A stretch of DNA of 42,891 bases, taken from the IMG/VR virus record IMGVR_UViG_644736362_000006; one strand, 5' to 3'. Within the stretch, counting starts at the first letter, position 1, and every line of letters begins with the position of its first letter. Below, one piece after another: positions 1-9,574 of this stretch. Below the pieces are notes generated by a model that saw only the letters and a program-made list of their open reading frames with translations, did not search any database and was not told the DNA's origin. A program made the position numbers and the translations under genes. The DNA is from a virus (Duplodnaviria > Heunggongvirae > Uroviricota > Caudoviricetes).

Positions 1-591
1 TTATACGGCTTTTTTTACCTCCTGTGGTTCCTGTGAAGGTACTACAACACTTTCCTGTTCATGAATCCCATACTTTGACAAAATCTCTTTGCGTTTTTCT
101 TCAGGTAATGCATCTAGCATCATCAACGTCTGAATACTTTGCTGTGAAAATCCTATAAAGCTGTAAAGTTTCTGTTCATTAAATACAAGAGGCATTAACG
201 CCAACAACCCCCCTTTACTTAAAAGTTTCAGTGCCTTGCGTGCTTCATCTGGTTCCAGCTCTTCAATCATATTGATTAAGGTTGTGGTTAATTTGTTTAT
301 CAGTTCCGAAGAATCCTGTTTCTCATTGGCTTGAGCACCAGTATCCGGTGTGGATAACCCCAAGTGCGCAATAACTTGCTCTCGTTCTTTGGTGGGCATC
401 GACATCACATCGTATTCAACAGCTTTCCCCCCCTTGACACCTTCCTTTTTTTGCTTCGTCCAGCCTTGAACATTTGCTCGATAGTGAACACCAGCAACAG
501 ATCCAGGCATACCATCAGCAGCCATAATTTCTTGCGGCGAACACCAAATTGACTTTTCAGTATTATTCTTTTCTATAAAGTTACTTTTCAA
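1..591 (-). CDS. c: Phage Mu repressor c, complete 196 aa (stop codon at 1-3); codon 47 is Gln
   Basis: Minus-strand ORF translation MKSNFIEKNNTEKSIWCSPQEIMAADGMPG... recognised as Mu Repc; gene is divergent from ner as in the Mu left end. Confidence 0.9.
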   Translation of the reverse strand: MKSNFIEKNNTEKSIWCSPQEIMAADGMPGSVAGVHYRANVQGWTKQKKEGVKGGKAVEYDVMSMPTKEREQVIAHLGLSTPDTGAQANEKQDSSELINKLTTTLINMIEELEPDEARKALKLLSKGGLLALMPLVFNEQKLYSFIGFSQQSIQTLMMLDALPEEKRKEILSKYGIHEQESVVVPSQEPQEVKKAV

Positions 592-760
592 AATTTAAAC
601 TCCTTATTTATCAACGCGTTAATCAGTAATCAAAGGAATTTACCAAAAAGCAGCTTTACAAAAAGCTTTTCAGTAATTATCTTTTTAGTAAGCTAGCTAA
701 GTTTTTACACTTAGTTAAATTGCTAACTTTATAGATTACAAAACTTAGGAGGGTTTTTAA
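592..760. promoter_or_regulatory. Mu early operator/promoter region (O1-O3 with Pe and Pc, IHF site) between divergent c and ner
   Basis: AT-rich 170 bp divergent intergenic region between c and ner, with palindromic agctttacaaaaagctttt element; individual operator boundaries not resolved. Confidence 0.6.
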
Positions 761-988
761 ATGTGTTCCAACGAAAAGGCCCGTGATTGGCATCGTGCGG
801 ATGTGATTGCGGGACTTAAGAAAAGAAAGCTCTCTTTATCAGCTCTTTCCCGGCAGTTTGGTTATGCGCCAACTACATTAGCTAATGCGCTAGAACGACA
901 CTGGCCAAAGGGTGAGCAGATTATTGCTAACGCCTTAGAAACTAAACCGGAAGTAATCTGGCCTAGCCGATATCAAGCAGGTGAATAA
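761..988 (+). CDS. ner: Phage Mu Ner, early lytic regulator, 75 aa
   Basis: ORF translation [48 protein letters not shown]... recognised as Mu Ner. Confidence 0.92.
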
Positions 989-989
989 C

Positions 990-2798
990 ATGGAACTTTG
1001 GGTATCACCGAAAGAGTGTGCGAATCTTCCTGGTTTGCCGAAAACATCGGCTGGTGTGATTTATGTTGCTAAAAAGCAAGGATGGCAAAACCGCACTAGA
1101 GCAGGTGTCAAAGGTGGTAAAGCAATTGAATACAATGCGAACTCTTTACCTGTTGAAGCGAAAGCGGCGTTATTGCTGAGACAAGGAGAGATTGAAACAA
1201 GCCTGGGGTATTTTGAAATCGCCCGCCCCACGCTGGAAGCCCATGATTATGATCGTGAGGCACTGTGGAGCAAATGGGATAACGCCAGCGATTCCCAGCG
1301 CAGACTTGCTGAAAAATGGTTGCCTGCGGTTCAGGCTGCAGACGAAATGCTGAACCAGGGGATTTCAACGAAAACGGCTTTTGCGACCGTTGCAGGGCAT
1401 TACCAGGTCAGCGCATCCACTTTGCGGGACAAGTATTACCAGGTACAGAAGTTTGCGAAGCCTGACTGGGCGGCTGCACTTGTTGATGGACGTGGAGCAT
1501 CCCGTCGCAATGTTCACAAAAGTGAATTTGACGAGGATGCCTGGCAGTTTCTGATTGCAGATTATCTGCGACCGGAAAAACCCGCTTTCCGCAAATGTTA
1601 TGAGCGTCTGGAACTGGCAGCCCGCGAGCATGGCTGGAGTATTCCCTCCCGTGCCACGGCCTTTCGCCGGATTCAGCAACTGGACGAGGCAATGGTTGTT
1701 GCCTGTCGTGAAGGTGAACATGCACTGATGCATCTGATACCGGCACAGCAGCGAACTGTGGAACACCTGGACGCCATGCAGTGGATCAACGGCGACGGTT
1801 ATCTGCATAACGTCTTTGTACGCTGGTTTAACGGTGATGTGATCCGTCCGAAAACATGGTTCTGGCAGGATGTGAAAACCCGAAAAATTCTGGGCTGGCG
1901 CTGCGATGTGAGCGAGAACATTGATTCAATTCGCCTCTCGTTCATGGATGTTGTGACTCGCTACGGTATCCCGGAGGATTTTCACATCACCATTGATAAC
2001 ACCCGTGGTGCTGCGAATAAATGGCTGACGGGAGGCGCGCCCAATCGCTACCGCTTTAAGGTAAAAGAGGACGATCCAAAAGGACTGTTTTTACTGATGG
2101 GGGCGAAAATGCACTGGACAAGCGTTGTTGCCGGTAAAGGCTGGGGCCAGGCAAAACCTGTTGAACGTGCTTTCGGTGTTGGTGGGCTTGAGGAATACGT
2201 TGATAAGCATCCGGCACTGGCTGGCGCATATACGGGGCCAAATCCGTAGGCAAAACCTGATAACTATGGCGACCGCGCTGTTGATGCAGAGCTGTTTCTG
2301 AAAACCCTTGCCGAAGGTGTGGCGATGTTCAATGCCAGAACAGGCCGTGAAACAGAAATGTGCGGGGGCAAACTCTCGTTTGATGATGTTTTCGAGCGTG
2401 AATACGCCAGAACGATTGTGCGTAAGCCAACCGAAGAACAAAAACGGATGCTGTTACTGCCTGCCGAGGCGGTGAACGTTTCACGCAAAGGCGAGTTTAC
2501 GCTTAAAGTTGGCGGCTCCCTTAAAGGCGCGAAAAACGTTTATTACAACATGGCATTAATGAATGCCGGCGTGAAAAAAGTTGTGGTCAGGTTTGATCCG
2601 CAGCAGCTACACAGCACGGTTTATTGCTACACCCTGGACGGTCGGTTTATCTGTGAAGCGGAATGTCTGGCACCTGTTGCATTTAATGATGCTGCGGCAG
2701 GCCGTGAATATCGCCGCCGCCAGAAACAACTGAAATCTGCGACGAAAGCAGCCATTAAGGCGCAGAAACAAATGGACGCGCTGGAAGTTGCTGAACTG
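990..2798 (+). pseudogene. A: Phage Mu transposase A, 3'-truncated (A') and interrupted by an in-frame TAG at 2247-2249 (codon 420); lacks the C-terminal domain
   Basis: ATG at 990 gives [32 protein letters not shown]...; the 422-aa and 220-aa track ORFs are in the same frame separated only by TAG; Mu-like reading stops near 2796 where antisense lambda ea22 begins. Confidence 0.85.
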
Positions 2799-3209
2799 CT
2801 GCCGCAGAAACTCTTCCAGGTCACCAGTGCAGTGCTTGATAACAGGAGTCTTCCCAGGATGGCGAACAACAAGAAACTGGTTTCCGTCTTCACGGACTTC
2901 GTTGCTTTCCAGTTTAGCAATACGCTTACTCCCATCCGAGATAACACCTTCGTAATACTCACGCTGCTCGTTGAGTTTTGATTTTGCTGTTTCAAGCTCA
3001 ACACGCAGTTTCCCTACTGTTAGCGCAATATCCTCGTTCTCCTGGTCGCGGCGTTTGATGTATTGCTGGTTTCTTTCCCGTTCATCCAGCAGTTCCAGCA
3101 CAATCGATGGTGTTACCAATTCATGGAAAAGGTCTGCGTCAAATCCCCAGTCGTCATGCATTGCCTGCTCTGCCGCTTCACGCAGTGCCTGAGAGTTAAT
3201 TTCGCTCAC
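2797..3209 (-). CDS. ea22: Lambda Ea22, N-terminal about 138 codons only (3'-truncated at the Mu A' junction)
   Basis: Minus ORF begins [28 protein letters not shown]...; expected stop for a 182-aa Ea22 near 2661 is missing and the ORF runs into antisense Mu A. Confidence 0.7.
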
Positions 3210-3427
3210 TTCGAACCTCTCTGTTTACTGATAAGTTCCAGATCCTCCTGGCAACTTGCACAAGTCCGACAACCCTGAACGACCAGGCGTCTTCGTTCAT
3301 CTATCGGATCGCCACACTCACAACAATGAGTGGCAGATATAGCCTGGTGGTTCAGGCGGCGCATTTTTATTGCTGTGTTGCGCTGTAATTCTTCTATTTC
3401 TGATGCTGAATCAATGATGTCTGCCAT
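3206..3427 (-). CDS. Lambda Orf73, TraR/DksA-like C4 zinc-finger protein, 73 aa
   Basis: ORF with CxxC...CxxC spacing (CCECGDPIDERRRLVVQGCRTCASCQ); position immediately upstream of ea22. Confidence 0.75.
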   Translation of the reverse strand: MADIIDSASEIEELQRNTAIKMRRLNHQAISATHCCECGDPIDERRRLVVQGCRTCASCQEDLELISKQRGSK

Positions 3428-3652
3428 CTTTCATTAATCCCTGAACTGTTGGTTAATACGCTTGAGGGTGAATGCGAATAATAAAAAAGGAGCCTGTAGC
3501 TCCCTGATGATTTTGCTTTTCATGTTCATCGTTCCTTAAAGACGCCGTTTAACATGCCGATTGCCAGGCTTAAATGAGTCGGTGTGAATCCCATCAGCGT
3601 TACCGTTTCGCGGTGCTTCTTCAGTACGCTACGGCAAATGTCATCGACGTTT

Positions 3653-3838
3653 TTATCCGGAAACTGCTGTCTGGCTTTTTTTGATTTCAGAATTAGCCTG
3701 ACGGGCAATGCTGCGAAGGGCGTTTTCCTGCTGAGGTGTCATTGAACAAGTCCCATGTCGGCAAGCATAAGCACACAGAATATGAAGCCCGCTGCCAGAA
3801 AAATGCATTCCGTGGTTGTCATACCTGGTCTCTCTCAT
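3653..3838 (-). CDS. Lambda Orf61
   Basis: 61-aa ORF in expected position and orientation between ea22 and exo. Confidence 0.7.
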   Translation of the reverse strand: MRETRYDNHGMHFSGSGLHILCAYACRHGTCSMTPQQENALRSIARQANSEIKKSQTAVSG

Positions 3839-4010
3839 CTGCTTCTGCTTTCGCCACCATCATTTCCAGCTTTTGTGAAAGGGATGCGGCTAACGTATGA
3901 AATTCTTCGTCTGTTTCTACTGGTATTGGCACAAACCTGATTCCAATTTGAGCAAGGCTATGTGCCATCTCGATACTCGTTCTTAACTCAACAGAAGATG
4001 CTTTGTGCAT
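3819..4010 (-). CDS. Lambda Orf63
   Basis: 63-aa [26 protein letters not shown]... overlapping orf61 and orf60a as in lambda. Confidence 0.75.
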   Translation of the reverse strand: MHKASSVELRTSIEMAHSLAQIGIRFVPIPVETDEEFHTLAASLSQKLEMMVAKAEADERDQV

Positions 4011-4165
4011 ACAGCCCCTCGTTTATTATTTATCTCCTCAGCCAGCCGCTGTGCTTTCAGTGGATTTCGGATAACAGAAAGGCCGGGAAATACCCAGCCT
4101 CGCTTTGTAACGGAGTAGACGAAAGTGATTGCGCCTACCCGGATATTATCGTGAGGATGCGTCAT
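3983..4165 (-). CDS. Lambda Orf60a
   Basis: 60-aa ORF from the second Met of the track ORF, start overlapping the exo stop. Confidence 0.7.
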
Positions 4166-4842
4166 CGCCATTGCTCCCCAAATACAAAACCAATTTCAGC
4201 CAGTGCCTCGTCCATTTTTTCGATGAACTCCGGCACGATCTCGTCAAAACTCGCCATGTACTTTTCATCCCGCTCAATCACGACATAATGCAGGCCTTCA
4301 CGCTTCATACGCGGGTCATAGTTGGCAAAGTACCAGGCATTTTTTCGCGTCACCCACATGCTGTACTGCACCTGGGCCATGTAAGCTGACTTTATGGCCT
4401 CGAAACCACCGAGCCGGAACTTCATGAAATCCCGGGAGGTAAACGGGCATTTCAGTTCAAGGCCGTTGCCGTCACTGCATAAACCATCGGGAGAGCAGGC
4501 GGTACGCATACTTTCGTCGCGATAGATGATCGGGGATTCAGTAACATTCACGCCGGAAGTGAATTCAAACAGGGTTCTGGCGTCGTTCTCGTACTGTTTT
4601 CCCCAGGCCAGTGCTTTAGCGTTAACTTCCGGAGCCACACCGGTGCAAACCTCAGCAAGCAGGGTGTGGAAGTAGGACATTTTCATGTCAGGCCACTTCT
4701 TTCCGGAGCGGGGTTTTGCTATCACGTTGTGAACTTCTGAAGCGGTGATGACGCCGAGCCGTAATTTGTGCCACGCATCATCCCCCTGTTCGACAGCTCT
4801 CACATCGATCCCGGTACGCTGCAGGATAATGTCCGGTGTCAT
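4162..4842 (-). CDS. exo: Lambda exonuclease (Red alpha), 226 aa
   Basis: [68 protein letters not shown]... recognised as lambda Exo. Confidence 0.97.
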
Positions 4843-5624
4843 GCTGCCACCTTCTGCTCTGCGGCTTTCTGTTTCAGGAATCCAAGAGCTTTTACTGCTT
4901 CGGCCTGTGTCAGTTCTGACGATGCACGAATGTCGCGGCGAAATATCTGGGAACAGAGCGGCAATAAGTCGTCATCCCATGTTTTATCCAGGGCGATCAG
5001 CAGAGTGTTAATCTCCTGCATGGTTTCATCGTTAACCGGAGTGATGTCGCGTTCCGGCTGACGTTCTGCAGTGTATGCAGTATTTTCGACAATGCGCTCG
5101 GCTTCATCCTTGTCATAGATACCAGCAAATCCGAAGGCCAGACGGGCACACTGAATCATGGCTTTATGACGTAACATCCGTTTGGGATGCGACTGCCACG
5201 GCCCCGTGATTTCTCTGCCTTCGCGAGTTTTGAATGGTTCGCGGCGGCATTCATCCATCCATTCGGTAACGCAGATCGGATGATTACGGTCCTTGCGGTA
5301 AATCCGGCATGTACAGGATTCATTGTCCTGCTCAAAGTCCATGCCATCAAACTGCTGGTTTTCATTGATGATGCGGGACCAGCCATCAACGCCCACCACC
5401 GGAACGATGCCATTCTGCTTATCAGGAAAGGCGTAAATTTCTTTCGTCCACGGATTAAGGCCGTACTGGTTGGCAACGATCAGTAATGCGATGAACTGCG
5501 CATCGCTGGCATCACCTTTAAATGCCGTCTGGCGAAGAGTGGTGATCAGTTCCTGTGGGTCGACAGAATCCATGCCGACACGTTCAGCCAGCTTCCCAGC
5601 CAGCGTTGCGAGTGCAGTACTCAT
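4839..5624 (-). CDS. bet: Lambda Bet (Red beta) single-strand annealing protein, 261 aa
   Basis: [69 protein letters not shown]... recognised as lambda Bet. Confidence 0.97.
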
Positions 5625-5629
5625 TCGTT

Positions 5630-6046
5630 TTATACCTCTGAATCAATATCAACCTGGTGGTGAGCAATGGTTTCAACCATGTACCGGATGTGTTCTGCCA
5701 TGCGCTCCTGAAACTCAACATCGTCATCAAACGCACGGGTAATGGATTTTTTGCTGGCCCCGTGGCGTTGCAAATGATCGATGCATAGCGATTCAAACAG
5801 GTGCTGGGGCAGGCCTTTTTCCATGTCGTCTGCCAGTTCTGCCTCTTTCTCTTCACGGGCGAGCTGCTGGTAGTGACGCGCCCAGCTCTGAGCCTCAAGA
5901 CGATCCTGAATGTAATAAGCGTTCATGGCTGAACTCCTGAAATAGCTGTGAAAATATCGCCCGCGAAATGCCGGGCTGATTAGGAAAACAGGAAAGGGGG
6001 TTAGTGAATGCTTTTGCTTGATCTCAGTTTCAGTATTAATATCCAT
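5630..6046 (-). CDS. gam: Lambda Gam, RecBCD inhibitor, 138 aa
   Basis: [90 protein letters not shown]... recognised as lambda Gam. Confidence 0.97.
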
Positions 6047-6144
6047 TTTTTATAAGCGTCGACGGCTTCACGAAACATCTTTTCATCGCCAATAAAAGTG
6101 GCGATAGTGAATTTAGTCTGGATAGCCATAAGTGTTTGATCCAT
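6001..6144 (-). CDS. kil: Lambda Kil, 47 aa
   Basis: Internal Met of track ORF 6001..6270 gives [47 protein letters not shown]. Confidence 0.85.
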
Positions 6145-6277
6145 TCTTTGGGACTCCTGGCTGATTAAGTATGTCGATAAGGCGTTTCCATCCGTCACGT
6201 AATTTACGGGTGATTCGTTCAAGTAAAGATTCGGAAGGGCAGCCAGCAACAGGCCACCCTGCAATGGCATATTGCAT
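6113..6277 (-). CDS. cIII: Lambda CIII, 54 aa (below the ORF-track length cutoff)
   Basis: Reverse complement from 6277 reads ATGCAATATGCCATTGCAGGGTGGCCT... = [54 protein letters not shown], stop at 6113-6115. Confidence 0.9.
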   Translation of the reverse strand: MQYAIAGWPVAGCPSESLLERITRKLRDGWKRLIDILNQPGVPKNGSNTYGYPD

Positions 6278-6334
6278 GGTGTGCTCCTTATTTATACATA
6301 ACGAAAAACGCCTCGACCTGCAGGGGGGGGGGGG

Positions 6335-6560
6335 CGCTGAGGTCTGCCTCGTGAAGAAGGTGTTGCTGACTCATACCAGGCCTGAATCGCCCCATCATCC
6401 AGCCAGAAAGTGAGGGAGCCACGGTTGATGAGAGCTTTGTTGTAGGTGGACCAGTTGGTGATTTTGAACTTTTGCTTTGCCACGGAACGGTCTGCGTTGT
6501 CGGGAAGATGCGTGATCTGATCCTTCAACTCAGCAAAAGTTCGATTTATTCAACAAAGCC
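6335..6560 (-). mobile_element. IS903 end fragment: terminal inverted repeat (6543-6560) plus first ~65 codons of the transposase, truncated at the G tail
   Basis: Reverse complement of 6543-6560 is ggctttgttgaataaatc; minus ORF MKDQITHLPDNADRSVAKQKFKITNWSTYNKALINRGSLTFWLDDGAIQAWYE then runs into poly-G. Confidence 0.8.
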
Positions 6561-6620
6561 GCCGTCCCGTCAAGTCAGCGTAATGCTCTGCCAGTGTTAC
6601 AACCAATTAACCAATTCTGA

Positions 6621-7436
6621 TTAGAAAAACTCATCGAGCATCAAATGAAACTGCAATTTATTCATATCAGGATTATCAATACCATATTTTTGAAAAAGCC
6701 GTTTCTGTAATGAAGGAGAAAACTCACCGAGGCAGTTCCATAGGATGGCAAGATCCTGGTATCGGTCTGCGATTCCGACTCGTCCAACATCAATACAACC
6801 TATTAATTTCCCCTCGTCAAAAATAAGGTTATCAAGTGAGAAATCACCATGAGTGACGACTGAATCCGGTGAGAATGGCAAAAGCTTATGCATTTCTTTC
6901 CAGACTTGTTCAACAGGCCAGCCATTACGCTCGTCATCAAAATCACTCGCATCAACCAAACCGTTATTCATTCGTGATTGCGCCTGAGCGAGACGAAATA
7001 CGCGATCGCTGTTAAAAGGACAATTACAAACAGGAATCGAATGCAACCGGCGCAGGAACACTGCCAGCGCATCAACAATATTTTCACCTGAATCAGGATA
7101 TTCTTCTAATACCTGGAATGCTGTTTTCCCGGGGATCGCAGTGGTGAGTAACCATGCATCATCAGGAGTACGGATAAAATGCTTGATGGTCGGAAGAGGC
7201 ATAAATTCCGTCAGCCAGTTTAGTCTGACCATCTCATCTGTAACATCATTGGCAACGCTACCTTTGCCATGTTTCAGAAACAACTCTGGCGCATCGGGCT
7301 TCCCATACAATCGATAGATTGTCGCACCTGATTGCCCGACATTATCGCGAGCCCATTTATACCCATATAAATCAGCATCCATGTTGGAATTTAATCGCGG
7401 CCTCGAGCAAGACGTTTCCCGTTGAATATGGCTCAT
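6621..7436 (-). CDS. aph(3')-Ia: Aminoglycoside 3'-phosphotransferase APH(3')-Ia (kanamycin/neomycin resistance, Tn903 type), 271 aa
   Basis: ORF MSHIQRETSCSRPRLNSNMDADLYGYKWARDNVGQSGATIYRLYGKPDAPELFLKHGKGSVANDVTDEMVRLNWLTEFMPLPTIKHF... recognised as APH(3')-Ia. Confidence 0.97.
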   Translation of the reverse strand: MSHIQRETSCSRPRLNSNMDADLYGYKWARDNVGQSGATIYRLYGKPDAPELFLKHGKGSVANDVTDEMVRLNWLTEFMPLPTIKHFIRTPDDAWLLTTAIPGKTAFQVLEEYPDSGENIVDALAVFLRRLHSIPVCNCPFNSDRVFRLAQAQSRMNNGLVDASDFDDERNGWPVEQVWKEMHKLLPFSPDSVVTHGDFSLDNLIFDEGKLIGCIDVGRVGIADRYQDLAILWNCLGEFSPSLQKRLFQKYGIDNPDMNKLQFHLMLDEFF

Positions 7437-7599
7437 AACACCCCTTGTATTACTGTTTATGTAAGCAGACAGTTTTATTGTTCATGATGATATATTTTTA
7501 TCTTGTGCAATGTAACATCAGAGATTTTGAGACACAACGTGGCTTTCCCCCCCCCCTGCAGGTCGAGTGAAGCGTTATTGGTATGCGGTAAAACCGCAC

Positions 7600-7968
7600 T
7601 CAGGCGGCCTTGATAGTCATATCATCTGAATCAAATATTCCTGATGTATCGATATCGGTAATTCTTATTCCTTCGCTACCATCCATTGGAGGCCATCCTT
7701 CCTGACCATTTCCATCATTCCAGTCGAACTCACACACAACACCATATGCATTTAAGTCGCTTGAAATTGCTATAAGCAGAGCATGTTGCGCCAGCATGAT
7801 TAATACAGCATTTAATACAGAGCCGTGTTTATTGAGTCGGTATTCAGAGTCTGACCAGAAATTATTAATCTGGTGAAGTTTTTCCTCTGTCATTACGTCA
7901 TGGTCGATTTCAATTTCTATTGATGCTTTCCAGTCGTAATCAATGATGTATTTTTTGATGTTTGACAT
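7600..7968 (-). CDS. ea10: Lambda Ea10, 122 aa
   Basis: ORF MSNIKKYIIDYDWKASIEIEIDHDVMTEEKLHQINNFWSDSEYRLNKHGSVLNAVLIMLAQ... recognised as lambda Ea10. Confidence 0.9.
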   Translation of the reverse strand: MSNIKKYIIDYDWKASIEIEIDHDVMTEEKLHQINNFWSDSEYRLNKHGSVLNAVLIMLAQHALLIAISSDLNAYGVVCEFDWNDGNGQEGWPPMDGSEGIRITDIDTSGIFDSDDMTIKAA

Positions 7969-8150
7969 CTGTTCATATCCTCACAGATAAAAAATCGCCC
8001 TCACACTGGAGGGCAAAGAAGATTTCCAATAATCAGAACAAGTCGGCTCCTGTTTAGTTACGAGCGACATTGCTCCGTGTATTCACTCGTTGGAATGAAT
8101 ACACAGTGCAGTGTTTATTCTGTTATTTATGCCAAAAATAAAGGCCACTA

Positions 8151-8351
8151 TCAGGCAGCTTTGTTGTTCTGTTTACCAAGTTCTCTGGCAATCATTGCCG
8201 TCGTTCGTATTGCCCATTTATCGACATATTTCCCATCTTCCATTACAGGAAACATTTCTTCAGGCTTAACCATGCATTCCGATTGCAGCTTGCATCCATT
8301 GCATCGCTTGAATTGTCCACACCATTGATTTTTATCAATAGTCGTAGTCAT
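8151..8351 (-). CDS. ral: Lambda Ral, restriction alleviation, 66 aa
   Basis: ORF MTTTIDKNQWCGQFKRCNGCKLQSECMVKPEEMFPVMEDGKYVDKWAIRTTAMIARELGKQNNKAA. Confidence 0.92.
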   Translation of the reverse strand: MTTTIDKNQWCGQFKRCNGCKLQSECMVKPEEMFPVMEDGKYVDKWAIRTTAMIARELGKQNNKAA

Positions 8352-8545
8352 ACGGATAGTCCTGGTATTGTTCCATCACATCCTGAGGATGCTCTTCGAA
8401 CTCTTCAAATTCTTCTTCCATATATCACCTTAAATAGTGGATTGCGGTAGTAAAGATTGTGCCTGTCTTTTAACCACATCAGGCTCGGTGGTTCTCGTGT
8501 ACCCCTACAGCGAGAAATCGGATAAACTATTACAACCCCTACAGT

Positions 8546-9100
8546 TTGATGAGTATAGAAATGGATCCACTCGTTATTCTCGGACGAGTGTTCAGTAATG
8601 AACCTCTGGAGAGAACCATGTATATGATCGTTATCTGGGTTGGACTTCTGCTTTTAAGCCCAGATAACTGGCCTGAATATGTTAATGAGAGAATCGGTAT
8701 TCCTCATGTGTGGCATGTTTTCGTCTTTGCTCTTGCATTTTCGCTAGCAATTAATGTGCATCGATTATCAGCTATTGCCAGCGCCAGATATAAGCGATTT
8801 AAGCTAAGAAAACGCATTAAGATGCAAAACGATAAAGTGCGATCAGTAATTCAAAACCTTACAGAAGAGCAATCTATGGTTTTGTGCGCAGCCCTTAATG
8901 AAGGCAGGAAGTATGTGGTTACATCAAAACAATTCCCATACATTAGTGAGTTGATTGAGCTTGGTGTGTTGAACAAAACTTTTTCCCGATGGAATGGGAA
9001 GCATATATTATTCCCTATTGAGGATATTTACTGGACTGAATTAGTTGCCAGCTATGATCCATATAATATTGAGATAAAGCCAAGGCCAATATCTAAGTAA
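8546..9100 (+). CDS. sieB: Lambda SieB, superinfection exclusion protein
   Basis: ORF MMSIEMDPLVILGRVFSNEPLERTMYMIVIWVGLLLLSPDNWPEYVNERIGIPHVWHVFVFALAF..., on the strand opposite N as in lambda. Confidence 0.9.
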   Translation: MMSIEMDPLVILGRVFSNEPLERTMYMIVIWVGLLLLSPDNWPEYVNERIGIPHVWHVFVFALAFSLAINVHRLSAIASARYKRFKLRKRIKMQNDKVRSVIQNLTEEQSMVLCAALNEGRKYVVTSKQFPYISELIELGVLNKTFSRWNGKHILFPIEDIYWTELVASYDPYNIEIKPRPISK

Positions 9101-9424
9101 CTAGATAAGAGGAATCGATTTTCCCTTAATTTTCTGGCGTCCACTGCATGTTATGCCGCGTTCGCCAGGCTTGCTGTACCATGTGCGCTGATTCTTGCGC
9201 TCAATACGTTGCAGGTTGCTTTCAATCTGTTTGTGGTATTCAGCCAGCACTGTAAGGTCTATCGGATTTAGTGCGCTTTCTACTCGTGATTTCGGTTTGC
9301 GATTCAGCGAGAGAATAGGGCGGTTAACTGGTTTTGCGCTTACCCCAACCAACAGGGGATTTGCTGCTTTCCATTGAGCCTGTTTCTCTGCGCGACGTTC
9401 GCGGCGGCGTGTTTGTGCATCCAT
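9101..9424 (-). CDS. N: Lambda N antiterminator, 107 aa
   Basis: Internal Met of track ORF gives MDAQTRRRERRAEKQAQWKAANPLLVGVSAKPVNRPILSLNRKPKSRVESALNPIDLTVLAEYHKQIESNLQRIERKNQRTWYSKPGERGITCSGRQKIKGKSIPLI. Confidence 0.95.
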   Translation of the reverse strand: MDAQTRRRERRAEKQAQWKAANPLLVGVSAKPVNRPILSLNRKPKSRVESALNPIDLTVLAEYHKQIESNLQRIERKNQRTWYSKPGERGITCSGRQKIKGKSIPLI

Positions 9425-9574
9425 CTGGATTCTCCTGTCAGTTAGCTTTGGTGGTGTGTGGCAGTTGTAGTCCTGAACGAAAACCCCCCGCGATTGGCAC
9501 ATTGGCAGCTAATCCGGAATCGCACTTACGGCCAATGCTTCGTTTCGTATCACACACCCCAAAGCCTTCTGCTT

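Larger units (their letters stand above)
6317..7562. other. Inserted kanamycin-resistance cassette (pUC4K-type Tn903 fragment) with PstI sites and oligo-G/oligo-C tails, in a SalI/XhoI hybrid site
   Basis: Left boundary ctcgac-ctgcag-G11 (6312-6334); right boundary C9-ctgcag-gtcgag (7547-7567); interrupts otherwise colinear lambda between cIII and ea10. Confidence 0.9.

Noticed and set aside
1-591. Mu c gene possibly truncated by the window edge
   Set aside because: The ORF is 196 codons with its stop codon at positions 1-3, so the gene is complete; only the Mu attL end itself lies outside the window.
2607-2981. Possibility that Mu A is full length, because the plus-strand ORF ends at 2981, exactly 663 codons from the ATG at 990
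   Set aside because: The C-terminal ~60 residues read on the plus strand do not look like the Mu A C-terminus as I remember it, while the minus strand in the same interval reads as continuous Ea22; the length match is taken as coincidence.
3526-3708. 60-aa minus-strand ORF overlapping orf61 in another frame
   Set aside because: Overlaps the better-supported orf61 by 56 nt and I do not recognise it as an annotated lambda gene; coding status cannot be judged from sequence alone.
6324-6334. Homopolymer G11 tract, and C9 tract at 7547-7555, as possible G-quadruplex, phase-variation or slipped-strand regulatory elements
   Set aside because: They sit directly beside PstI sites at both ends of the kan cassette, which is the pattern of dG/dC tailing used in cloning, not a natural contingency locus.
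6292-6528. 78-aa minus-strand ORF resembling an IS903 transposase
   Set aside because: Only the first ~65 codons of the transposase are present; the ORF reads through the artificial poly-G tail (giving the PPPPAGRG segment) and cannot encode a functional transposase.
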